A stretch of 64,000 bases of DNA, taken from the NCBI RefSeq assembly GCF_008831285.2, contig NC_045138.2, positions 4,650,001 through 4,714,000 of the forward strand, read 5' to 3'. Below, in pieces: positions 26,993 to 38,027 of this stretch. Each line of letters opens with the position of its first letter. Position 1 is the first letter of the stretch. Both the position numbers and the translations under genes were made by a program. The notes under the pieces were generated by a model. That model was not told the DNA's origin and searched no databases. It saw nothing but the letters and a program-made list of their open reading frames with translations. Origin of the DNA: Nymphaea colorata (lineage: Eukaryota).

Positions 26993-28640
26993 TTCATACA
27001 AAAGGTTGTATTTTTTTTTCAAGTTATAGGCAAAAGGTAAGTCATAAAATGGCAAGGTCCAAAAAAAGACTGTCCAACACAAGCAAACTTATGTGTGCAA
27101 TGAATTTTACATATTTAAAATCAAAGAAAATACACATACATATATCGATGCAACCCTGCCAGCCCACCGGCGACTTCAGATGGGAGCTGCCGGATCTCCC
27201 TTGTCGGCGTCTCATAAAAGGCGACCCGGAAATTTACGTCTCTTCATCCTCTTCCTCTTCATCATCAACCGTGGTTGTTGCTGCTGCTTTGTTGCTCATG
27301 GCGACGCAAAAGTGCTGCGCAGATGAAGATAGGAGATGAAGATTGGAGAACGGGTGCCATTTGCATAGAACCCAACATTGGTATCAAAGCCATACTTGTC
27401 GAATTACAGTAAGTGAATTTAGACTACTGTGGTGCCTGTGCTTGTGCAGATTATATTACCTGTGAATGCATGTGTCCTCTGTGTATCATGCTGTGTATGC
27501 AGTTACTGAAAATAAAGCATGCTAGGCTAAAGTGAGTTGAAGCATGAAAGTATTGATTGGGTTTGGAAGTCTTTGTTTTCTATAGTATGTCATTTTTTTT
27601 TACTCTGTGTCTGTGAGAGACCAAGAAAACGACAGTAACCAGAACTTGCTCTGCTCGATAAACAAGAGAATACTAAGAAAAACTAGGAAGAGTAAGGAAT
27701 TTTACATGGAGAAATTAACTCAGCTCCCTCTTCCGCTGGACCTCAAATGACCGATTTCTTTATTCTCAACCTCTCTACTCCAGCCTTCTTCCCCCGCCAA
27801 CGAGAGAAAATCGTTCTCCTTCTATGCGGCGCCTTCGGCAGAAGGAGGCTGGAGCAGAGAGGTCGAGAATAAAGAAATCGGTCATTTGGGGTCCAACGGA
27901 AGAGGGAGCAGAGTTAATTTCTCCATGTAAAATTCCTTACTCTTCCTAGTTTTTCTTAGTATTCTCTTGTTTATCGAGCAGAGCAAGTTCTGGTTACTGT
28001 CGTTCTCTCAGTCTCTCACAGACACAGAGTAAAAAAAACTCTCACAGACACAGAGTAAAAAAAATGACATACTATAGTAAACAAAGACTTCCAAACCCAT
28101 TCAATACTTTCATGCTTCAACTCACTTTAGCCATGCTTTATTTTCAGTAACTGCATACACAGCATGACACACGCATGATGCACAGACGACACATGCATTC
28201 ACAGTTAATATAATCTGCACAAGCACTACAGTAGTCGAAATTCACTTACCTGGAATTCAACAAGTATGGCTCTGATACCAATGTTGGGTTCTATGCAGCG
28301 GAATGGCACCCAGAACTATCTTCGTCTGCTATCTTAGTCTGCACAGTTTCACTAGTTGCGTCGCAATGAGCAACAAAGCAGCAGCAACAACCACAGTTGA
28401 TAATGAAGAGGATGAAGAGATGTAAATTTTCGGGTTTCCTTCTATGAGGCGCCGACTAGGGAGATCCGGCAGCTCCCACCTGACGTCGCTGGTGGGCTGG
28501 CGGGGTTGCATTGATGTGTCTGTGTATTTTCTTGATTTTAAATATGTAAAATACATAAGTTTGCTTGCGTTTGACAGTCTCTTTTTGGACCTTGTCCTTT
28601 TATGGATAACTTGAAAAAAAAAGACAACCTCTTGTATGAA
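26993..28640. repeat. Long inverted repeat (arms 26993-27791 and 27841-28640, 49-bp spacer)
   Basis: The arms are reverse complements over ~800 bp. A third copy lies at 3408-4227. Confidence 0.92.
28269..28280 (-). other. tRNA-iMet primer-binding site after an LTR-like end
   Basis: The minus strand reads TTCCGCTGCATAGAACCCAACA-T-TGGTATCAGAGC. One-mismatch copies lie at 27379-27390 (+) and 3826-3837 (-). Confidence 0.75.
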
Positions 28641-30262
28641 TCTTTCTAAAAGGGCTACGCTTTTGTGGAAACCATCAAGTAAGGGTCGACAGCTAATTTT
28701 GTCAACCCTAAAAAAAAAAAAAAGAAAAAAAAAAAAAAAAACTGCATTGTACTTTATCAAGATTACTCATTTTCACCAAATCACATTCTTACTATTTTAA
28801 CTAATGATTTCGTTTCTCAAGTTAAGCTTACTTCAAACATTTACTCATACCTTTCATTAAAACATTGCAAATGGAGGCATGTTTGTTTGAAGCCACAAGC
28901 AAAGGGACCTTGCTTTTAAGTAGATGATGGGTTAGGCTGATCAACCTTACAATATTAGGATGAAAAAAACATGAAAAAAAAAACTAATATTAAATGATAA
29001 AAATATTCGTCATCTTTTTCTTGACATTTTCTTCGAAACTAAAAAGTTAGAGTATATATATATATATATATTAATGTGTCCTTGTAAATGAAACTGTTTT
29101 CTTTCAATTTCACGTTCCAAAGTTGGTGGGTTTCGTTTCTAACAAGTTTAAAATTTCCTTGCACGTTTTGGGTTTCCTTTTTTTCTGAATTTGATTGATC
29201 AGTTCTGATCAAGTTTAAGACCATTTTGTAGAGTTTTTGGGGTCTAAGCAGTTGCCCACTGAAACTACTTCATGAGATTTATGGGGCTTAGGCCCTTACC
29301 TTTATTTAAAGAAAATTGCCTATACAGGGATCTGGGTTTGGTTCTGAAAGCTTGTTTGCGGTTCGGATCTAAGGCTTGTTTTGGATTTAATTTGGATTGT
29401 ATCTAGATCTAGAGCTGGCGTTTGGATCTGAATTTGAATTAATGATGGTTTTGGATATAGAACTCGGATTTGGACATGGATCTAAATTTGGAAATTTTTT
29501 GGATCTATAACTGGGAATTTGACTCTGGATATGGATCTATAGATCTATTTTCGATCTAGTGCCATGATTTGGATGAAGACCTGGACCTAAAACTTGGTTT
29601 TGGATCCAATGTTTGAATTTGGACATAAATTTAGATCTAAATACTTGGTTTTGGATCTGGAACTAGGATTTTAAGTCTATATGAGTTTTTCAAGTGAATA
29701 TAGATCTGAACTATAAAAAATCTAAATTAGGGTGGAGTTAGGGTCCAGAATATGAAATTAGATCCAAATGAATCACAATACAATCAACGACTAACAAAAT
29801 TAAGGAAAATTGAAGCATTTGAGGACCAAGAACCTTAAAATGCATTGTAAATTACTTAGTCATGAAATATTTGAAAAATGTCCAATGTAGAGCCTCGGGC
29901 ACTGGTTGTGGGCAGTCAGGCTGGTCTGCGCAGCATGAGTCCTTGTTCTTGTGCTCGAAGTTGGTTCAAGATTTAGCTGCCGCTTTTAAGACTCGAGCAG
30001 AGCTCAAGCTGGCTTCAAGAACAGCCCTTGACCAACACATAATTGGTCCAAATCCCTCAAATATGAAAAAGTAATTAGGCTTGACTCGTGAAAAGATTGA
30101 CGGAACTGATCAGATCAACGATAGATGGCTTAGAGCTAAGGTGTCTCCACTTGCTGACCAGCAGGTAAACATTTCCTGAATTATGTGCAGTTCTTTACCC
30201 TGGGCATTATAACAGCCTTCATGTTGTGCAAGTTAGAATGATCTAAAATTTGTTCTTTCTGC

Positions 30263-30395
30263 CACTACAAAAAATCTACGTTTAGCTGACAGTGATATAT
30301 CGACGGTTGACATATCTGTCAGTGAATGCTTCAACGACACCATCTACACTAACAGATTGCATGCACGGTCGATAATACTTATACTGACGGTTTTG
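30263..30395 (+). mobile_element. CACTA terminal remnant
   Basis: CACTACAAAAAA followed by CGACGG/TACTGACGG motifs. Confidence 0.6.
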
Positions 30396-31124
30396 TAACT
30401 TTTATTGTCATTTTCTCGCCCTTCATAAATCTTATGTTTTTTTTTTTTTGGGCTCCTAACTCGGCATTTTCACCTGCACAAATTTGTCTCCATTGGGTAT
30501 TGGTGTACCAAGATGGCAAGACACCGGCACACACCAGGGTACTTACTTTAACTTGATTGTTTCCAAGGTAATTTTCTTGCCTCCAAAACTAAAGCACAAC
30601 ACAGATAGCCATATTGAATGTCGTATCATCATTTAATTGCTATGACATTTTCATTCTTATTTCTTATGCAATATCTATTTAGTAGGCTCATGACAAGTTG
30701 TATCTAGGTATTTTTCCTTTCGAAGAAATTGAAAAAAGCTACTCAATGTTAAGACTGCTTATGTTTTAAAATATACTTTTAACACTCAGTAGGTTAAGTA
30801 CTTGATACGCAACTGCATTTTTATGCGAAAAACGCTTTCTTAAAGCTTCTTTTTATGGTGTCTCAATTATCGTTCAACCTTAACGTCCTTCATTTACTTA
30901 AATCTGGAATTTTTTGGAATATTTTTTTTTGCATTTCTTTCATAAATTTATATTTCTGTATTTCTTTACTCCTATCAATGGCTTTTGTGATTGCAATCGG
31001 ATTTGGTGTTCTTTTTCTTGGTTGCAATTGATTTTTACTCCGACCTACTGAGTTTATGTTGATTGATTATTACAATTGGATGAAAAAAAGAGCTAAGCTG
31101 ACGGATGGAAGGAACTATGTTCTT

Positions 31125-32633
31125 CCCTGTCCCAATGTATAAAAACAAAATTCAGAATTAGCATACAAATTTAAGAGATCACAATGCATAAAAGCTTGAT
31201 GAGTTAAAAAGCCATGATTTTACTTCTCAAAAATATGTTTAAAAAATGTGACCCTTTTTAACAAAAAAAATTGGGTTGAGCATACCTATGAGCTTATTGT
31301 TCGCACCCCACTTCCCACGGTGTGGGCTGGGAAGTTTGCGCGTGAAGCAGCAAAAATCAAGTTTTGCATGAAAATAGATTTTTAAGAAAAAGGGACCCAC
31401 CCCTGCCACCACTAACAGGGGTAATTGATCCATGGTCTGAGTTTTGTCAAGCTTGACAAGTTATTTTTTTTCTACATGCATGTATGGAGATTGGATTTCA
31501 GATTTTTAAACTTCATTTTAAACAAGGACTTGGATTGAATTGAAAATAATTTCTGCATTTCAAAATTTTGAAGATTGGGAGTTTATCTTTGGAAAGGAAT
31601 TTTCGAATTAATCATAGATTTTAGCAATTAAACCTTGAGTTTATCACAAAAATTGGAATTTAGAATTGGAAATTGAGAATCAGAATATTGGATTTTGAAT
31701 CGAATTGAGATTGGGTAATTGAAACTTTGTATTTGAAACTAGGATCTTGGAATTGAAAATTGAAAGTTTGGGCTAGACTTAGAATTTCAAAGATAGTTTG
31801 GATTTTGGGATTTGAAATTTGACTTGAAAAATTCTTGGATGCCTTGGAACCGGAATTCGGTTTTGAAGCCAAAATTGAATTTGGAAAAATTGGATTGAAT
31901 AGTTGAAGTCTAGCTGAAATTTTTGAGAATCGGATCTTTGAGAATGAAATTTTGGGTTTGGAATGGTTGGAACTCGACCAATTCACACTTTTTGAAAACA
32001 TCTTTGGGTTTAAGATTTTGATATTTGAATCTTGTTTTGATATTTTGATAGATTTGATTTGATTTGTTTGGTTTTGATCTTGAAATGAGATTAGAAAATT
32101 GGAAATTGAGAGTCCAAGTCTAGTGTTAGGAGAATTTTCTTGATTGGAAAAATTGGAACTTCGATTTTTTTTTTTACTTTTATGCTTGAGTAGAATTTTG
32201 GAATTTGAAAATCGGTTTCATTTTGAGAAAAATCCAATGGAATCGTTTTGAAATTGATTTTGGAAGTTTGTGTTTTATAACCAATTTGAAAATTTTGTGC
32301 TTCTGCGTCAAAATAAGCGAGGTGCTCACATTTTTGTCACAATATGACTTAATCATGAAAGCAACTCCAACTTCATTCACTTAGATTTTAGTGAATATGA
32401 GTGGGTGCGTTCATGGAGTGAGTGCATGTGTGCATGAAATAAATTGCATGCATATTGATGCTTTGCTCTATTTCTCTCTTAGGTCCATCTTGGAGGTGAA
32501 AAATATAAGACTGTTCCCCCAGCCCATCCTTGATGTGGAGGAAGGCAGAAGGTTTGGTTTTAAAATTTTAGTTTTAGAAATACGATTTCAAAATTCATTT
32601 CATAGGCTGATTTCAACTCATTTTTTACTAGAT
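31125..32633 (+). repeat. Repeat Y copy (3'-truncated)
   Basis: Aligns with 14469-15980. Confidence 0.85.
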
Positions 32634-32814
32634 CAAAAGTCCAACTTCAAAGCTCAGCTCATTTTCTCTCCTCTTTCCCCTCCATCGCCTCTTCCCCTCT
32701 CCTCTCTCAGTCTCTGGTTCCTCTCCACTCTCGTCTCCTCTCTCGCTCTCTCTTTCCTCTCCTCTCTCGCTCTCTCCTTCCACTCCTCCCTTGCTCTCTT
32801 GTCTATCTCATAGT

Positions 32815-33062
32815 CAGCAGTTGATCGATTTGTCCCCGTTTCTCAGTGATGTGGCGGTACCAGTCGGTGGCACGGGGATTGCCATGGTGATTGCTTGGTT
32901 CATCATACCGAGGATACTGCAGAGACTCCACCACTATTCCTTCCGTGGGCATGATTCATCGTTGTCTATGAAGGTCGAAGGGATCCCTTACAAGAAAAGT
33001 TTCTGGGGCACCTTAGAAGACCCTGTCAGATATCTTGTTACCTTTGCGGCTTTCACACAACT
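32815..33062 (+). pseudogene. MSL1: Orphan exon fragment of mitochondrial MscS-like channel (MSL1-like)
   Basis: QQLIDLSPFLSDVAVPVGGTGIAMVIAWFIIPRILQRLHHY...IPYKKSFWGTLEDPVRYLVTFAAFTQL matches the MSL1 motif WVVMPRILRRFH...PYEKSFWGALEDPARYLVTF (from recall). It ends at a CT|GTGAGT donor followed by intron-like DNA. No further MSL exons were seen. Confidence 0.82.
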
Positions 33063-34009
33063 GTGAGTCTTTTTCCCTTTCAATTTCCCTGAATTGTCCG
33101 TCGAGTTTGAAATCAGAAATATAGTACAGTTGCATGACCATACAAATTGGGAACTAGGTTATCCAGTTTCAGTTTGCAATGACTCTGATACTGGGGTGAT
33201 TTAATTTGGTCTATGAAGTCAATTCCCCAGGAAAGTGTATGAAGTTTTTATTCACAATGCTAGGTTCACCAGGGTTGATTTGGTTCCTGTGAAATGATTT
33301 GTTCCAGTTATGTTTTACGATTTGCCAAGTGAATTTGAAATGAACCTTCTGCACAACTGTGAATTCTAGTTTGTTTGATTGGTTCTATTCAATTACAATG
33401 GCTACTTGGATTGCAAAATTGCATGATCTCATCCCGGTCTGCTACACCTAACAGGGGAATGACAGGTTTCTATGATGATTTAGAACTTAGCTATGTTTCC
33501 AAATTTACATGTTCTTGAGAATGTAGTTCTATGTTCATAATTCCTCATTACAGTTAAGCTTGTGGTTCGTGCAATCAATTCTTTATTGGCTGGTTTCAAT
33601 TTCTCATTACAGTTAAGGTCCTTGATAGTTTTGTTTCACAATAGGATTAAAATTCTCATCACAAACTGACTTTCTTTCTCGTGAATAAACTTTTCTCACT
33701 AGAAGACTTATAGCTCTCAAAAGTTCCATTAAGCTTGCACTAATCTTATAAACCTATTTTCGTCAGTCATGTCCTTACATGGTGGTCTTTCTTCCATCTT
33801 TCATGGTTGATGTTCATTTAAAGCTTTCATCTCCTCTTTGTTGCTATTGGTCTCCTGCCTTTGCTAGTGCACTTTGCCTCTCAGATAAAACTAAGAGTAT
33901 TTGATACTCAGTACCGAAATTTCCATAATTTATTTATCTACTGAATGCTGAATCTCTCATGAGGGCAATCTCATCTGCTTCACGAAAATGATCACGAAAA
34001 AAGTCTCTC

Positions 34010-34187
34010 ATGTATTTTACCTTGTGCACCAAACACTGTTAATTTTACCCTGCAAAAAACTACCCTGTCATCAAACAGGGCCTTAGATTGGAAGAAGAAA
34101 AATTTTCACCGGTATTTTTTTTCCAGCATTATTTTCTATGCTAAATTTACCACGTTAAATTCTTTCCTGCCATCAAGCGGGCCTAAT
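34010..34187. mobile_element. Tourist/Harbinger-type right-end remnants (two stacked ends)
   Basis: CATCAAACAGGGCC|TTA and CCATCAAGCGGGCC|TAA; similar to 51445-51630. Confidence 0.6.
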
Positions 34188-34298
34188 GCTTAAACTTAGT
34201 TTATATTTAAAATAATGTTAAAGTTATATGTAATTTTTTTTTTTACTTTAGAAAAGTTTGCAAGCCATGTTTTTCATATTCTTTCTCACCGGAAACAG

Positions 34299-36045
34299 GC
34301 GGGGGGTCGTTCGATAATGGCTCCAAGTAATACAACAAGATCGAGAGACCGGTGGCATATGAAAGGATGCTGAGGACTTGGTCAAAGTGGGTCCATGCCA
34401 ATATGGACGAGAGACGAACCTAAGTTTTCCTTTGCAGCATGTGTCCTCTCCATGGAACTCTCTTTTTCTTTTTTTACCATATATAATGTGAGAGTTGGTA
34501 CTGTCCGAGACCTACCAAATAAAGTTTTAGTAAATATTTTCACATGGGCCACTAACAATTTCAATTTGAATCAGATATTTCACTCAATCGATCCAAAAAA
34601 ATAGAATATAGAAAAAATTTAATATTTGATTAAGAAATCAGATCAGATTGGAATCAGATTTAATAAATGGCATTCGATCTGGTTCGGATTCAGATATATA
34701 TAAATATCCGATCAAATATGAATATGGATTTGGATCAGACTCATTTTTAGACAAATATCTCGTATTTAATGCTATTATATTTTCAAAATTGATAAAATCC
34801 AGTTCAAAATTGGGATTCAGATTCAAATGTGACTTTTTTTTATTGGTATCTGAATCTGAATTTGAATCTGAATATATGAATATCGGAAATAGCATATATG
34901 ATTAAGAATATATAGGATTTAAATCAGATCCATAGACATCCTTAGGGGCTTTTTTTATAAGGTACAAATTCGGATTTGGATATGACTTTTCTTTATTCGT
35001 ATGAGAATCTGAATTTATCTGAATATATGAATATTCGAAATAGCATATATGATTCAGGATAAATCAGATTTAAATCTGATCCGTTGAGATCCTTAGGAGT
35101 TTTTCCTATAAGGTACAAAATTTATATATTTTTTTTAGTTTTAAAGGGTCATTCGGATGACACCATGTTCCAAAACAAATTTAGGAAAGGTTTTATGAAA
35201 ACCTAAGTTTTCTAATGAGTTTTCAAAATTTGTTTATTTGTTTGGGTGGTACACCCAAAATCTAGTTTTATATGAATTTTAACCTAATGGGGATCGGCTT
35301 TCCTACTCTATTTTACAAAACTAGGTTTTGAGCGTGTAAATACTCCAAAAAAACCTGGTTTTGAACTGTCATTTAAATTCTCTCCAACGTATAACATCTT
35401 ATTTTTCAAAAATCTTAAGGGGGCCCCTTTGCTTTGCCCCTATCCATAAGCACTTCTCTGATTTATTATTGTAAGACTTACATTGCAAATTAAAACTACT
35501 TGTTCCAGTGTTGCTAAACGAAATCAAGTATGCTAAAAAGTGTTGCAGGCCTAATCGTTTTTTACATTGTTTTACAAAAATACACTAACTTTAGAACAAA
35601 TTGTAACAAACTGTTTTTCTGGCCAAAACCTAACATATTCTTGAAAATTAATTTGTAAAGAAGCTTGGCCCGGTAGAAGGGGCATGGCCGGCATTGCGGG
35701 CAACTTTTCCCCTTAATAATAATGTTGGATGCTGTAGGAGTATGGACTGGTTCAACCCGAATGGAATCAAGTGCTTGTTGGAGACCTCGCCGATCCCGAA
35801 CACATGGAGGTGAGAACGGACCAGCGACTCTTAGTGGTGGCGACGAACGTGACCTCCTCGATGAAGGTTTGACGACCCTGTCCGAGTATCGGAAAGATGC
35901 ACATACATCCGTTTACACGATCTGGCAAGGCAAGCTTCCGAACCCCGAGCAGAAGGCTGACCCCGAGACTTACGCCGACTTATCCATTGGTGCCTGCACA
36001 AGCTGCCTGACACTTGGAACGAGTTCTTGTACGAGATGTTTTTAA
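34299..36045 (+). pseudogene. TBL29: TBL29/ESK1-like pseudogene, copy B
   Basis: SFDNGSK*YNKIERPVAYERMLRTWSKWVHANMDERRT*VFLCSMCPLH; last exon from 35738: SMDWFNPNGIKC...LSEYRKDAHTSVYTIWQGK...YAD[-1 frameshift]IHWCLHKLPDTWNEFLY. Confidence 0.9.
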
Positions 36046-36644
36046 GTAAAATATGGTTTGTGGCCTTTGGCCTGCTAAGGTAAAAGGCAGCTAGCAAGCA
36101 GGGGCTGTCTTTATTTTCTCTGTGTCTCACCAGCCATATTTCCATGTTTTATTCATTTGATTAATGGAAAACTTTTAGCGCTCAGTGTTGTTTTTGAGAA
36201 TGATAAGTAGAATGATGGCGATGGTGAGCTTGTTTTAGATGTTTGGCTGTTTAGTTTTTACATTCTAAAAACAAAAAGAGAGACAAGATTTGAACTACCA
36301 ACACGACTACAATATGCCATCCAACCTGACCAGTTGCACTACTTATCATGAAAAGTGGTTAAACTGCATGGCCCACATTAGAGCAAGGCATGAGAATATG
36401 TGACATGACCCATAAGAACAAAATGATGGACCATGTTTTTCACATGTAAATTTGTCTTTTATTTAAAATGTAATAAAAACACACACACAGATATATATAT
36501 ATATATATATATATAGATATATATATATATATATTTCGAAAGAGATCGCTTTCAAGCAACAGCTAGCTATCTCGATAACCAAACCCATATAAAGTTTTCC
36601 AGAAAATATATATAAAAACTAGATCCACCAATATAAAGTTTTTC

Positions 36645-36677
<33 letters not shown>

Positions 36678-38027
36678 TAGATCCACCACATCGACTAACC
36701 TACGTATGACATAAAAATAAATGGCAGTAAGATATCAGTAAAAGTTGAATATGAAGAAAATACATTTCACAATTGACAACAGATTTATAGGGGTTTGACA
36801 CCTAACCCATTCCTTTATAAATCAATTGCATTGGGTGAATCCTCAGAAGTCACTTGATTCCTTCAAATTTGAACTATTTGATATAAATCTGATACGAGAT
36901 ATTTTTGATTGATGTGCCAAAACATCTATGGTAAACTGGTAATTCAGGAAATAAGGATCTTATGTTGGATCCTGAAATCCTTCACTTTTTTTTTCCATTG
37001 AGAAAATGTCAGATTGAAGATCAGATAAAGGAAAGTCTGATTTTAAGTCTATGGTCATTAAATCCTAAGGATTTTAGGTCAAGTGCAAACAAATGTCCTC
37101 TAAGCACTTAATATGTCTCCAAATACAACATGCAAACATGGACAACTCGGAAGTACATAGGCTAGAAGAAAAGTGAAGTAACAATTTAAATCCCCAACCA
37201 GATAAGCGTGAAGGCCACCACATACCTGACTACGCACCATGAACTTGGTAAAAATGGACTGGCCACCTGAATTGCCTAGATTGATCAAGACCATCACTAC
37301 GTCTGAGCTAAGTTGAGTCTTCAGCGATTACCAACTCCATTAAGTGTTTAATTTAAATTAACATATCATTAATCTCAACTTTATCAACTTCATTGCCTAA
37401 TATCGCACTTAGGCTAAACTAATTGGCATTTGAAGTTATTTTGCATCAAGTTGACTTGCATCGGCATAAGTTTACAGGAGGACGCAATTAAGAGTGGCGC
37501 ACTTGATTTGACTGAACGAGTATGAAATTTGCTGAGTTTGTTCAAGTCAAGGCATCAATGCAGCAGGATCATATTTTTAATTATACCAACATACCAGTCA
37601 ATTTTTTAACACAAAGGCAGTCGAATTTCATGTATTCTGATCTGCAAATTCAAAAAGACATTACTGCGCTTCTCCAAGTAGGTTTGGTCAAATTAATAAG
37701 AGATAAAGTGTTTCATTGTTTCTACTTTGTGTACTATGTGCATGATGTTTGTCTTATGAACAAAAACTTCTCTGTTTGACAATAAGTGAAGTCTTTTAGG
37801 GCCCGTTTGATGGCCTGAAAATCTGGAATTGTTAATATATTTCTGAAAATATATTTCCTGGAATGAAGGATTGGAAAAAATATTTTTGATTCCCATTTTG
37901 ATGTGTGCTTGCAGAAATATATTTTTGTGTTTGATGATAAAGAAATATATTTCCAGCTTTCCAGAAAATTATTTCTTCGTTTGATAACAAGGAAACATAT
38001 TTTCAGATTTACATAATCTTTTGATAT

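Larger units (their letters stand above)
20837..26994 (+). repeat. Segmental duplication copy A (paralog 34281-45112)
   Basis: Continuous collinear similarity, including TBL exons, MITE, microsatellites and intergenic DNA. Confidence 0.92.

Noticed and set aside
28269..28280. TGGTATCAGAGC as an endogenous caulimovirus origin
   Set aside because: It is preceded by an LTR-type CCCAACA end, and no viral MP/CP/RT ORFs are nearby.
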